From the NCBI GenBank assembly GCA_900540945.1, contig UQHQ01000005.1, positions 29,749 through 93,748 of the forward strand: a stretch of DNA of 64,000 bases. The letters are read 5' to 3'. Positions 1-9,193 of this stretch are shown here, in pieces. A program made the translations under genes and the position numbers. Source of the stretch: an uncultured Collinsella sp. (GTDB lineage: Bacteria; Actinomycetota; Coriobacteriia; Coriobacteriales; Coriobacteriaceae). Numbering within the stretch: position 1 is the first letter of the stretch; the number at the start of each line of letters is the position of its first letter. The notes under the pieces are model-generated. The model saw only the letters and a program-made list of their open reading frames with translations, had not been told where the DNA came from and made no database searches.

Positions 1-597
1 GTTGTACATGATGGTCTTGTAGCTGGCGATACCGGGCAGCACGGACTTGCGGCTGCCAGAGAAACCGGCAAAGAAGTGCGGCTCAATGAAGCCCTCTGCA
101 AGCAGCAGATCGCAATCGGCGGCAATCTTGTTGATGATGCACTCGCCACCAGAAGGCAGGGTACCGATCTTTTTCATCATGCTGTCGTCAGTCGCGACGT
201 GCATAACGATTTCCTCGTTGGCAACGATCTCCTCGCCGTACTTGTTGACGAGCTCCTCGTGCGTCGACGGACGATGCATACCCGTAGCAACCAGAATGCG
301 AACGCGCGCCTCAGGCGCAGCGGAGTGGATGTGATGCAGCAGAATAGGCATCGTCACACGCGAGGGAACGGGGCGCGTATGGTCGGAGCTAATGATGACG
401 ATATCCTTCTTGCCAGCACAAAGCTCCTCGAGCGAAGGCGAGCCATAAGGGTTGGCAAGCGACTCCTCTACCAGCTCTTCCTGCGATTTTGTAGTCTTAA
501 ACTCGTTTTGATGACCTTCCATCACACCTGCGAAGTTCTTATCCTCGAGCTCCAGATGCAACGTCTTGTGGTCAAACGGCAGTTCACATTCAAACAA
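1..597 (-). CDS. larA: Lactate racemase LarA-like protein (N-terminal ~199 aa; 3' end lies beyond window start). Probable TTG start at 597.
   Basis: Minus-strand translation gives ...LPFDHKTLHLELEDKNFAG...ANPYGSPSLEELCAGKKDIVIISSDHTRPVPS...RILVATGMHRPSTHEELVNKYGEEIV...FAGFSGSRKSVLPGIASYKTIMYN, near-collinear with Lactobacillus LarA (DxTRP and GxHRP motifs). RBS AGGAAGAGG precedes TTG. Not in the ORF track because it is truncated at the window edge. Confidence 0.8.
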   Translation of the reverse strand, partial: MFECELPFDHKTLHLELEDKNFAGVMEGHQNEFKTTKSQEELVEESLANPYGSPSLEELCAGKKDIVIISSDHTRPVPSRVTMPILLHHIHSAAPEARVRILVATGMHRPSTHEELVNKYGEEIVANEEIVMHVATDDSMMKKIGTLPSGGECIINKIAADCDLLLAEGFIEPHFFAGFSGSRKSVLPGIASYKTIMYN

Positions 598-1321
598 TGA
601 CGAGCGCCCTCTTCCTTTCAACTGACACACTAGATAAACCGTTGGAAGGATACGCCGCTCACCGAAAAACTCCACCGTCCACCGACTCATTAACACAACG
701 TTCATATTTGACCCTCAACAAAACGGCCGCGATCCCAAACGGGACCGTGGCCGCCTGTCAAAGACACTATAGACAGGATGACTTACGCAGCGCCGAGGCA
801 AACATCTACCCCGATGGCATGCGCGCGTAAGTCATATTGCATAAATACGTCAATAATTTGCATATAATGACGCATGGATTTCTAGCCGTAACAGGGTAGT
901 ACCCTCCGGAGCGTGCATTTTTGCGAGTATTCAGCATCGCGGGATAAGATTTTGGTGTCAAAAGTCTTTCAAAAAGTAGATAGTCCTCATGACTCGACCC
1001 ATCTGGATAGCATGCGGCGAGAAACCAGCCATATACGGGCATCGCCAAGGCCCCAATTAGCGTGCAAAGGCATCAACAAAGGCAGCGAAAGCCGGCTATG
1101 GCCTTATGCATCAATCTTTTGCTGCTGAAAACTCCGTTTTTTGCACGTCGCCCCAGGCACCACCCTCACCCAGCAGCTGATCCGCCGAAGACCGGACATC
1201 GCAGGGCCCGCCATAAGTTTACTTTTAGGCACACTCCGCAGGACGCAAGAAGCCCTCGCCGCACTCCGCATTGGCGCGAAGCGCACTTTAATCCCTTCAG
1301 CCCAATCCCCGAAGACCGAGG

Positions 1322-1465
1322 ACGAAGGGACCCGATGGGTTTCCCTCTGAATGCACTCCGCAGCACGAAGCCCCCTTATCCGCAGCTCCGAAGGAGTAGG
1401 ATAAGGGGGCTTCAAGTGCGAGGACGCATTCAGAGGGAAACCCATCGGGTCCCGGTGAGAGCTAC
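1322..1465. repeat. Long imperfect palindrome (about 55-nt arms, outer 28 bp perfect) immediately downstream of the ppc stop. No T-run follows.
   Basis: Left arm gggacccgatgggtttccctctgaatgc...cccccttatcc, right arm ggataaggggg...gcattcagagggaaacccatcgggtccc. The spurious ORFs 1104..1445 and 1062..1721 are artefacts of the symmetry. Confidence 0.7.
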
Positions 1466-1476
1466 AGGGCTATCGA

Positions 1477-4302
1477 TTACCCCGTGTTCTGCAAACCTGC
1501 CGAGACGCCGGTCACAGTCGAAAGAATCAGGCTCATGTACTCGGCCTTCTTCTCCTCTGCCATCTCGTCCTGGTTCATACGCACCTCGCGAAGGGCGCGG
1601 ACCTGGGCGATGGACAGGGCGTCGACGTAGGGGTTGCGCACGCGGACGGCGCAGCCGAGCACGCGGCGGCGCTGCAGCGGCCACTCGTCACCGACGATGG
1701 CAAGGACCCACTTACGCGTGAGCTGCATCTCGGTGAAGACCTTCTCGGACAGATCCTGCCGATCGCCCAGGTGCAGATACATCTTGGCGATGCGCTGGTC
1801 GGTCTTGGCAATCGACATCTCGATGTTGTCGATGAACGTGCGGAAGAACGGCCACTCCTGGTAGGCAGCCTTGAGCTGGTCAAGGTCGCCCAGCTGCTCG
1901 CAGGCGGTGCCCAGGCCGTACCAAGCGGCCAGGTTAATGCGTGCCTGGCTCCAGCTGAAGATCCACGGAATGGTACGCAGGTCGTCGAGCGACTTGGCAC
2001 CCAGGCCGCGCTTGGCGGGACGCGAGCCGATCGGCAGCAGACCGACCTCGGTCAGCGGCGTCACGGTCGAGAACCACGGCGTAAAGTCCTCGGTGTTCAG
2101 CAGGTCCAGATAGCGCTCGTGGCTTGCGGTGTTGAGCTTCTCGGCCATATCCCAGAACTTCTGCGTGGTCTCGGTGTTGGTCTTCTCGACGCTCGGGGCC
2201 GACTGCAAAAGCGTTGCGGCGGCAACGGACTCAACATGGCGCTGAGCCAGCGTGCGGTTGCCGTAACGGGCAAAGATGACCTCGCCCTGCTCGGTGAGCT
2301 TAAAGAAGCAGTTGACCGAACCCTTGGGCTGCGCCAGCACGGCCTTGTTGGCCGGGCCGCCGCCACGGCCCACGGCACCGCCGCGACCGTGCATGAGCAC
2401 CAGGTCGATATCGTTCTTCTCGGCCCACTTGGCGATGCGCTCCTGCGCGGAATGCAGCGCGAGCATGGCCGTGGTAGGACCGGCATCCTTGGAGGAGTCG
2501 GAATAGCCCAGCATGACCTCCATGCGGCGGTTGGTCTGGGCAAGGCGCTTTTGCACCACGGGCAGCGTAAGCATCTGGTCGAGCACGTCGACGCAGCCCT
2601 CGAGGTCCTCGAGCTGCTCGAACAGCGGGATCACGTCGAGCTCGGGGACATCCTCCTCGTGTGCGAAGGACAGGTGGGCCAGCTCAAAGACGTCGGCCAC
2701 ATGCTGGGCGCTCTTGGTGAACGAGATGATGTAGCGGTGCGCCATCTTCTTGCCGTAGCGCTTTTGGATGGAACCGATGGCACGGAAGGTGTCGATGACC
2801 TCGCGCGTCATGGGCTGCAGGTCGCCATGGATACCGTTCTCGTGGATATCCTTGAGGGCGCGGGCGTGCACCACGGAGTGCTGACGGAACTCCATCTCGA
2901 CCATATGGAAGCCGAAGGACTCGACCTGCCAGATGATGGTCTGGACCGGGCCGTAGGCAGCACGGACGGCACCGCAGGCGGCCAGCGAGCGCTGGACGAC
3001 GCGCAGGTCCTCCAGGAACTCATCGGCGCTGTGGTACATGGTGTCGGTGATACGGCGCACGGTGGCGTTCAGACGGTCGGCCATGACAAGCATGACGGCG
3101 CGATGCGGCTCGTGCTCGGAGATCAGCTCGGCGCGGGCCGTGTACCGAGGGCTCATCTCGACCTGATGGTTCCACAGGTTGATGAGCTCGGCAGACGGCT
3201 TGCTGTAGGTGGCCTCGAGCGTGAGGTTGCGGCCAATGTGGCGGCACTTGTCCTCGAGTTTGAGCACCATGTGAGTGAAGTACTTGGCGGCGACCTCACG
3301 GCTCACCTTGGCGGTGACGTTGGGGTTACCGTCGCGGTCGGAACCGATCCAGCTGCCGGGATGGAAGAACGCCGGGCACAGCGGCGGCACGGTACCGGCC
3401 TTGTCGCCCAGCACCCAGTCGTCAAAGCGACGATAGATGACGGGGATGACGTCGAACAGCGTGTTATCGAAGATGTCGATGATGGTATCGGCTTCCTCGA
3501 CCGGCGTGGGCTTCTTGAGCGCGATGGGGCTCGTACGCACCAGGGCGTCGATCTCCTGCAGCATATGGCGCTCGTTCTCCACCAGGTCGGAGCCGCCCAG
3601 ACGCGGACGCTCCTCCAGCAGGTTAGAGATACGGCGAATCTTGCCCTCGACGGCCTTACGACGGGCCTCGGTGGGATGCGCGGTAAAGACGGGGTGGAAC
3701 TCGAGCTTGCCGAGCAGCTCGTTGGCGCCCTCGACGCCCAGCTCATTCACCAGCTGGTGATAGGCGACGGTGAGCTCGTTGGCGGGATCGACCTCGGTAT
3801 CGGTCGACGCACCGGCCTCGCGCTCGCGCAGCTGCGCCACACGGTAGTTCTCCTCCGACAGGTTTGCCAGATGGAAGAAACTCGTAAAGGCGCGGACAAT
3901 GACCTGCTGCTTATCGAGCGGCAGGCTGTCGATCAGATCGACGACCTCACGAAATGCCACGGCGGTGGGCTCGTCGGCGGTGGGCACGCCCTGCTCGTCG
4001 ACGGCCTCGTCGGCAGCGCGGGTACCGGGGTTGCCGGCATTGACCACAATCTCGGCCGACAGGATCTTGTCGAACAGGTCCGCGATCTCGGGATCATACT
4101 CGCTAAGCACACGACGCTCCAGGCGCAGGAACAGCGCCAGATTATCGCGCAGCTCCTCGGGGATCTCGATCTCGGCGAGACGCTCCCTGGACTCGGCATT
4201 CGAGCCGATTCGGTTAACGAGGCGGTTGACCACGGCAGCGACGCGCGCCGCGGCTTCGGGTACAGACTGGTTGCTTAGGTTCTCAGCCACGTTTCCTCCC
4301 AT
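1477..4302 (-). CDS. ppc: Phosphoenolpyruvate carboxylase
   Basis: 941 aa. Motifs VFTAHPTE, GRGGAVGRGGGP and C-terminal QNTG. The start could instead be the in-frame GTG 12 nt downstream, because the RBS abuts the ATG. Confidence 0.95.
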   Translation of the reverse strand: MGGNVAENLSNQSVPEAAARVAAVVNRLVNRIGSNAESRERLAEIEIPEELRDNLALFLRLERRVLSEYDPEIADLFDKILSAEIVVNAGNPGTRAADEAVDEQGVPTADEPTAVAFREVVDLIDSLPLDKQQVIVRAFTSFFHLANLSEENYRVAQLREREAGASTDTEVDPANELTVAYHQLVNELGVEGANELLGKLEFHPVFTAHPTEARRKAVEGKIRRISNLLEERPRLGGSDLVENERHMLQEIDALVRTSPIALKKPTPVEEADTIIDIFDNTLFDVIPVIYRRFDDWVLGDKAGTVPPLCPAFFHPGSWIGSDRDGNPNVTAKVSREVAAKYFTHMVLKLEDKCRHIGRNLTLEATYSKPSAELINLWNHQVEMSPRYTARAELISEHEPHRAVMLVMADRLNATVRRITDTMYHSADEFLEDLRVVQRSLAACGAVRAAYGPVQTIIWQVESFGFHMVEMEFRQHSVVHARALKDIHENGIHGDLQPMTREVIDTFRAIGSIQKRYGKKMAHRYIISFTKSAQHVADVFELAHLSFAHEEDVPELDVIPLFEQLEDLEGCVDVLDQMLTLPVVQKRLAQTNRRMEVMLGYSDSSKDAGPTTAMLALHSAQERIAKWAEKNDIDLVLMHGRGGAVGRGGGPANKAVLAQPKGSVNCFFKLTEQGEVIFARYGNRTLAQRHVESVAAATLLQSAPSVEKTNTETTQKFWDMAEKLNTASHERYLDLLNTEDFTPWFSTVTPLTEVGLLPIGSRPAKRGLGAKSLDDLRTIPWIFSWSQARINLAAWYGLGTACEQLGDLDQLKAAYQEWPFFRTFIDNIEMSIAKTDQRIAKMYLHLGDRQDLSEKVFTEMQLTRKWVLAIVGDEWPLQRRRVLGCAVRVRNPYVDALSIAQVRALREVRMNQDEMAEEKKAEYMSLILSTVTGVSAGLQNTG

Positions 4303-4546
4303 TCCTCCTTCTATGCACGTAACATGCGATATTCATTATAGGCACTCGGCAAAAACTTTCGGCGCTGATTGCGCTTTACCACACAAAAGTATTTTCTGCA
4401 TTGCAAGGGTTTTGCCCTAAATGGTCGTATTTCTCGGTGGGCGGCATACGCAAACGGGGGCATTCCGCATAAAAGCGAAACACCCCCGTAACAATCGCTC
4501 GCCGCGAGCGGGACATGTTAGCGGGTCCGCAGCTCAAAAAGATGCG

Positions 4547-5866
4547 CTACAGGCGCTCGCGAACCGCCTCGACGACGTTGGCCAGATCGGCAAGGACCTC
4601 TTCATGGCTCTCCATGTCGCGCACCTTGACCTTGCCGGCGGCAAGCTCGTCGCCGCCCAGGACCAGGATGAGCTTGGCGCCTACCTTATCGGCCTGCTTA
4701 AACTGAGCCTTGAGCGAACGGCCCTGATAGTCGGCCTCGGTCACGATACCTGCGGCGCGAAGCTCCTGCGTAATGGCAAAGACGTTCTGGCGCAGTTCCT
4801 TGCCGGCATTGGCGACATAGACGCACGGGGCCTCATCGGTACCCAAATCGCTGCCAAAGGCCTGCAGGGCCAGCAGGGCGCGCTCAAAACCGACGGCAAA
4901 GCCGACGCCTGCCGTGGGCTTACCACCCTCGAGCTCGACCAGGCCGTCGTAGCGACCACCGCCGCCGATGGAGCCGACGCCGGCGCCGGGAGCCTCGACC
5001 TCAAAGACGGTACGGGTGTAGTAGTCAAGGCCACGCACCAGGGTGGGATCCTCGACATACTCGATACCCGCCGCATCCAAATAGCGCTTGACCTGCTCGT
5101 AGTGCTCGCGGCACTCATCGCACAAATTGTCGCCCATCAGCGGTGCGTCGGCCATGATTTCGCGGCAGTGGTCATTCTTGCAGTCGAAGGCGCGCAGCGG
5201 ATTGAGCTCGGCGCGCTCGCGGCACTCGTCGCACATCTCGTCGGCGTGATCGAGGATAAACTGCTTGACCTGCTCGCGATAGGCCGGACGGCATTGGGCA
5301 TCGCCCATCGAGTTAATGAGCAGACGGAGCTTGGAAAGATCGAAGCCCAGGCGCTTGTAGAACTCCATGAGCATGATGATGCACTCGGCGTCGGCAGCCG
5401 GATCGGGAGCGCCGAGCCACTCGATGCCCACCTGATGGAACTGGCGCAGGCGACCCTTCTGGGGACGCTCGCCACGGAACATGGCCTCGGCGTAGTAAGC
5501 CTTAAACGGCGTGGAGCCCTGGGGCACCAGGTTGTTCTCCACGACGGCGCGCACCACACCGGCCGTGCCCTCGGGACGAAGGGCCAGGCGCTGCTTGGGC
5601 TTGAGCTTGGTGTCGGTGCCTTCGGTAAAGACGCGCTCCAGGTTGGCGCCGCTAAAGACGCGGAACATCTCCTTGCGCACAACGTCGGTCGACTGGCCGA
5701 TGCCGTGGACAAAGACGTCCACCTGCTCGATCGCGGGCGTCTCGATAGGCTTAAAGCCAAACGGCTCGAATACGCCGGCCGCAATCTGCTGCATCTTTTG
5801 CCAAGCGCGCATCTCGGCGCCGATAAGGTCGCGGGTTCCCTCCGCCTTCTGTGCCTGCATGGGCAA
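4547..5866 (-). CDS. hisS: Histidine--tRNA ligase
   Basis: 439 aa. Class II motifs GTRD, LRPEGTAGVVR, RQFHQ, GGGRYDGL. Confidence 0.95.
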   Translation of the reverse strand: MPMQAQKAEGTRDLIGAEMRAWQKMQQIAAGVFEPFGFKPIETPAIEQVDVFVHGIGQSTDVVRKEMFRVFSGANLERVFTEGTDTKLKPKQRLALRPEGTAGVVRAVVENNLVPQGSTPFKAYYAEAMFRGERPQKGRLRQFHQVGIEWLGAPDPAADAECIIMLMEFYKRLGFDLSKLRLLINSMGDAQCRPAYREQVKQFILDHADEMCDECRERAELNPLRAFDCKNDHCREIMADAPLMGDNLCDECREHYEQVKRYLDAAGIEYVEDPTLVRGLDYYTRTVFEVEAPGAGVGSIGGGGRYDGLVELEGGKPTAGVGFAVGFERALLALQAFGSDLGTDEAPCVYVANAGKELRQNVFAITQELRAAGIVTEADYQGRSLKAQFKQADKVGAKLILVLGGDELAAGKVKVRDMESHEEVLADLANVVEAVRERL

Positions 5867-5925
5867 ACACCTTTCTTTTGTATCGCGTCATAGGTAGTGG
5901 ACATTATACGGCACAAAGCAGCAAC

Positions 5926-5985
5926 GCGGCGGTGCGTCTGACCGAACGAGGGTATGGGGACTCGTTCGGCCAGACGCACCGCCGC
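5926..5985. repeat. Hairpin with 25-bp arms (1 mismatch) and a 10-nt loop
   Basis: gcggcggtgcgtctgaccgaacgag / ctcgttcggccagacgcaccgccgc. Confidence 0.7.
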
Positions 5986-5992
5986 TGTTTGT

Positions 5993-6054
5993 GATCCGTT
6001 TTCCTCCGTCCCCTTCGGATTACGTGATCTGTTGGGGACGGAGGAAAACGGATC
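5993..6054. repeat. Perfect 21-bp-arm hairpin with a 20-nt loop. On the minus strand it begins directly after the TGA of the truncated MFS ORF.
   Basis: gatccgttttcctccgtcccc ... ggggacggaggaaaacggatc. No T-run, so it is not a canonical intrinsic terminator. Confidence 0.7.
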
Positions 6055-6472
6055 ATTTCGTAGGCCCGTGGCCGCCTTGGAAACCGAATGATGGTACGAG
6101 CATCCATTCGGCTTCCAGGGCAGCCACGGACAGAACGGAGCGAACAGAAAAGAGCACGTAGACCTGCCATAGCTCACCGGCAAAGCTCATGCCGGCAAGA
6201 ACGGCAGAGGTGGCGATAACGGTGGGGGAGCCCAAAACGCGGCCGTTTACTTTATCGGCAACATGGCCAATGACAAGTGAGCCGATGACGCCCACCACGG
6301 TGGAGATGGCGTTGGAGATGTTGTACTGGGCAAGCGTGATCCCGAGGTCGCTTACGATGAGCGGCTGGAACAGGCTCATGCAGTTAACGAAAATCGTGTA
6401 GCACGTGGCCATGATGACAAAGACGGAGGCCACGACGAGCCAACCGGGGAAGTATTTATGCTGCCGGGACAT
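6053..6472 (-). pseudogene. Probable remnant of an MFS transporter (only about 110 aa of N-terminal TM helices followed by non-MFS-like tail)
   Basis: 139-aa ORF with MFS-like N-terminus (hydrophobic helices, GHVADKVNGR motif region) that ends abruptly into the two large hairpins. A full MFS protein would be about 400 aa. Confidence 0.4.
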
Positions 6473-6594
6473 ACCGCTCCTTTTAAACAGACGAATAGCC
6501 TGCGCCGGGGGCCGGTAGTGCCCAAGATTGCCTTGAAAGACAAGGGCATAGGCCTTACGGCCATGCCCGCAGGCTTGAAAGGCAAGGTTGGGTG

Positions 6595-7893
6595 CTACCG
6601 GTGGTCGGCGATATAGCCCAAAGCGACGGCGGTATAGGCCGCGGCACCAAGCGGCAGCTCGGCATCGTCAAAGCGCGCCTTGGGATGGTGCTGGGCAAAA
6701 TGCTCATCCGTATCGGTTACAGCGGCGCCCACGGTAAAGTACGCGCTCGGGATCTCGCTCGAGATAAGCGCAAAGTCCTCGCTCGCCATGGCGTGGAACA
6801 ACGGCAGGAAAGCTGCCTTGGGCAATGTCGCACCCACATAGCCCAGCGATGCCTGGGTCATATCGTCATCGAGTACGAGTGGCGGAACATCCGAGAGCGT
6901 CTCGATGGTCGCCGGCGTACGATACGTTGCCGCGACGCCATTGACGACCTCGGCGATGCGGCTCTTAAGATGCGCCATGAGCTCGACATCGAAGCCACGC
7001 AGCGTTCCCTCGAGCACACAAGTGTCGGGGATGACATTTGCGGCCTGACCGCCAGCGAACTTGCCAACGGTAAGCGCGACCTCCTTGGCCGCCGGCACCT
7101 CGCGGGAGATGAGCTCCTGAAGCGCCAGATGCACATGGACGCCGGCCGTGATGGGGTCGATGCAGATCTCGGGGCTCGAGCCATGGCCGCCCTTGCCCTG
7201 CAGTGTAATGCGGAAACCGTACACGCCCGAAAGCGCCGGGCTTCCATAGAGCACCAGGCCGAGCGGCGATTGGCTGTTAACATGCATGGCGAAAGCCGCC
7301 TGGGGACGCGGGTTCTGCAGAAGGCCGTCGGCAATGGCAGCGCGGGCACCCTCAAAGGTTTCCTCGCCCGGCTGAAACAGCAGCTTAACCGTGGAATTGG
7401 CATCGGCAAGCTCGGCCTCGCGAGCCTTGAGCAGGCGGGCGGCACCAAGCAGGGCCGTCGCATGCATATCGTGGCCGCAAGCATGCATGCAGCCGTTGAC
7501 AGAGGCGAAAGACTCGCCCGACTCTTCCGCGACGGGAAGGGCATCCATGTCACCGCGCAACATGATGACCGTGCCGGCCTGATCGTCCGTGCACGTACCG
7601 TTGCCCTGGGCCGCCACGGCCGCACCGGCACCGATGAGGCCCACAACACAGGAGCCGTCGACGAGCGTGGCAAACGGGATGCCCATCTCGGTCAGACGTG
7701 CCTGGATATACGCAGAGGTTTGCGGAAGGCGATTGCCCAACTCAGGCGTCTGGTGCAGGTCGTGGCGCCACGCAGCAAGCTTGTCGGCAAAAGCTTGAGC
7801 CTCGGCAACAAGACCGTCACCGATAGCGGCTTGCGCTGCCGGGGTGGCCTTGGGCGCTGGTTGCGGTTGAAAATCGGACTGAGCTGGTGCCAT
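6595..7893 (-). CDS. M20 family amidohydrolase (peptidase M20D; N-acyl-amino acid / hippurate hydrolase-like)
   Basis: 432 aa. Metal-binding motifs MHACGHDMH and FQPGEE, typical of M20D. Confidence 0.85.
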   Translation of the reverse strand: MAPAQSDFQPQPAPKATPAAQAAIGDGLVAEAQAFADKLAAWRHDLHQTPELGNRLPQTSAYIQARLTEMGIPFATLVDGSCVVGLIGAGAAVAAQGNGTCTDDQAGTVIMLRGDMDALPVAEESGESFASVNGCMHACGHDMHATALLGAARLLKAREAELADANSTVKLLFQPGEETFEGARAAIADGLLQNPRPQAAFAMHVNSQSPLGLVLYGSPALSGVYGFRITLQGKGGHGSSPEICIDPITAGVHVHLALQELISREVPAAKEVALTVGKFAGGQAANVIPDTCVLEGTLRGFDVELMAHLKSRIAEVVNGVAATYRTPATIETLSDVPPLVLDDDMTQASLGYVGATLPKAAFLPLFHAMASEDFALISSEIPSAYFTVGAAVTDTDEHFAQHHPKARFDDAELPLGAAAYTAVALGYIADHR

Positions 7894-8009
7894 AAATGCC
7901 CTCCAGTATTATTTGTGCAGCAAACACTTTGATGGTCTAAAGTGCAAGGCATAACTGTAAGGGCGTTACATAAAAAACGCCGCCCCAGAAGGGCGGCGCA
8001 ACAAGTTGT

Positions 8010-8993
8010 TTACAATTGCGCGCAATTATTTCGGCGCAAAAAATCGAAATGTGTCTCGCTCAAGACGATCGACAAGAAGATGAGGACGAAGCCGGCGAGC
8101 AGACGCGAGGTAAGCGCCTCCCCCATCAGCAGCACCGAAAACAACACGCCCGAAGGGGACTCCATCGATAGGAGCAATGAACCCGTCGAGGCCGGAACGT
8201 GCGCCAAGCCGACGTTTTGGATGAGCAGCGCCACGCACGTGCAGCCCGCCGAGAGAAAGGCCATCACGCCGATAAAGCTCGGGGTCCACACGGACAGAGG
8301 CGCTTGGGTCTCGAATAGCAGCGACGAGATAAGGCTCAAGACGCCATTGCCCACAAACATCCAAAACGTGATGACGTTGATGTCCATTTTGCGACCGTAC
8401 TTGGCGGTCACCGCCATCTGGATGGCAAAGAAAACCGCACCGCCCAGCGTGATGGCATCACCGATGTTGAACTCGACACTATCGAGCGCCACCAGGCCAA
8501 TGCCTGCCAGGCACAGCAGCGCCGCGCCCAGGTTGTAGCGAGTGAGCTTTTCGCCGCTTAGGAAATAGCTCGCGAACGGGACCAGAATGCAATAGGTGCC
8601 CGTCAAAAAAGCGTTCTTACCCGCCGTGGTCTGAGCCAGACCGACCGTCTGCAAGGCATAGGCTGCCCACATGAGCGCGCCCATGCTCAGACCAACAATC
8701 AGATTGCGAGCGTTAAGGTGGGCGGCGATGCGCTTGCGAAAGATAACAAACATGACCAGCGCTGCGGGAAGAAAGCGAACATAGAGCAGTTCGAACACCG
8801 GGATGGTGTCGAGCGCGTCCTTCATAGTGGTAAAGGAGTAGCCCCAGATAATCGCCACCGAAAGCAGTAGAACTTTCCAGAACAGCGGCGAGCGAGCACC
8901 GGCGCCACGGGAGGTGCCGCCCGCACCCAGGTCATCGCGAGCAACAGGGCTATCGGGCATGTTTTCGATTTCGTTGGCAGCGTATTGGGCCAT
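8010..8993 (-). CDS. DMT superfamily (EamA-like) transporter. The start may be the internal Met at about 8960.
   Basis: About 10 TM helices. Duplicated EamA-like halves. Confidence 0.75.
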   Translation of the reverse strand: MAQYAANEIENMPDSPVARDDLGAGGTSRGAGARSPLFWKVLLLSVAIIWGYSFTTMKDALDTIPVFELLYVRFLPAALVMFVIFRKRIAAHLNARNLIVGLSMGALMWAAYALQTVGLAQTTAGKNAFLTGTYCILVPFASYFLSGEKLTRYNLGAALLCLAGIGLVALDSVEFNIGDAITLGGAVFFAIQMAVTAKYGRKMDINVITFWMFVGNGVLSLISSLLFETQAPLSVWTPSFIGVMAFLSAGCTCVALLIQNVGLAHVPASTGSLLLSMESPSGVLFSVLLMGEALTSRLLAGFVLIFLSIVLSETHFDFLRRNNCAQL

Positions 8994-9193
8994 GGAACAT
9001 CCTCACACTCAAACTGGGCGTGGTGTCCGCACGCGTATGGCTGCGTGCCGCCTCATGGTCAAATAAAAACGGGGCGCGCCGGACCCCCGGTACGCCCCGC
9101 TACTGTAGCAACAACCAACACGACATCGCAATCCAGCCCGCTAAAGTATCGGCAGAGTAGACCTTGATGTTTCGTCAACGCCACGTTGTTGCG

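Noticed and set aside
806-1128. Small ORFs 806..1048(-) and 913..1128(+) in the larA-ppc intergenic region
   Set aside because: No RBS and atypical composition. The region is better explained as promoter, ncRNA or palindrome.
1771-4278. 835-aa plus-strand ORF, and similarly the long ORFs 9332..11137, 14751..16703, 19709..21898, 26603..28321, 30697..32109, 35417..36598, 37208..39697, 53729..56212 and 56561..58165
   Set aside because: Each lies antisense to a gene with clear conserved motifs (ppc, yhgE, htpG, HK/RR, hypothetical, serS, tatD, metG/rsmI, P-type ATPase, pyk). The translations are low-complexity Arg/Ala/Gly-rich, typical of antisense frames in high-GC DNA.
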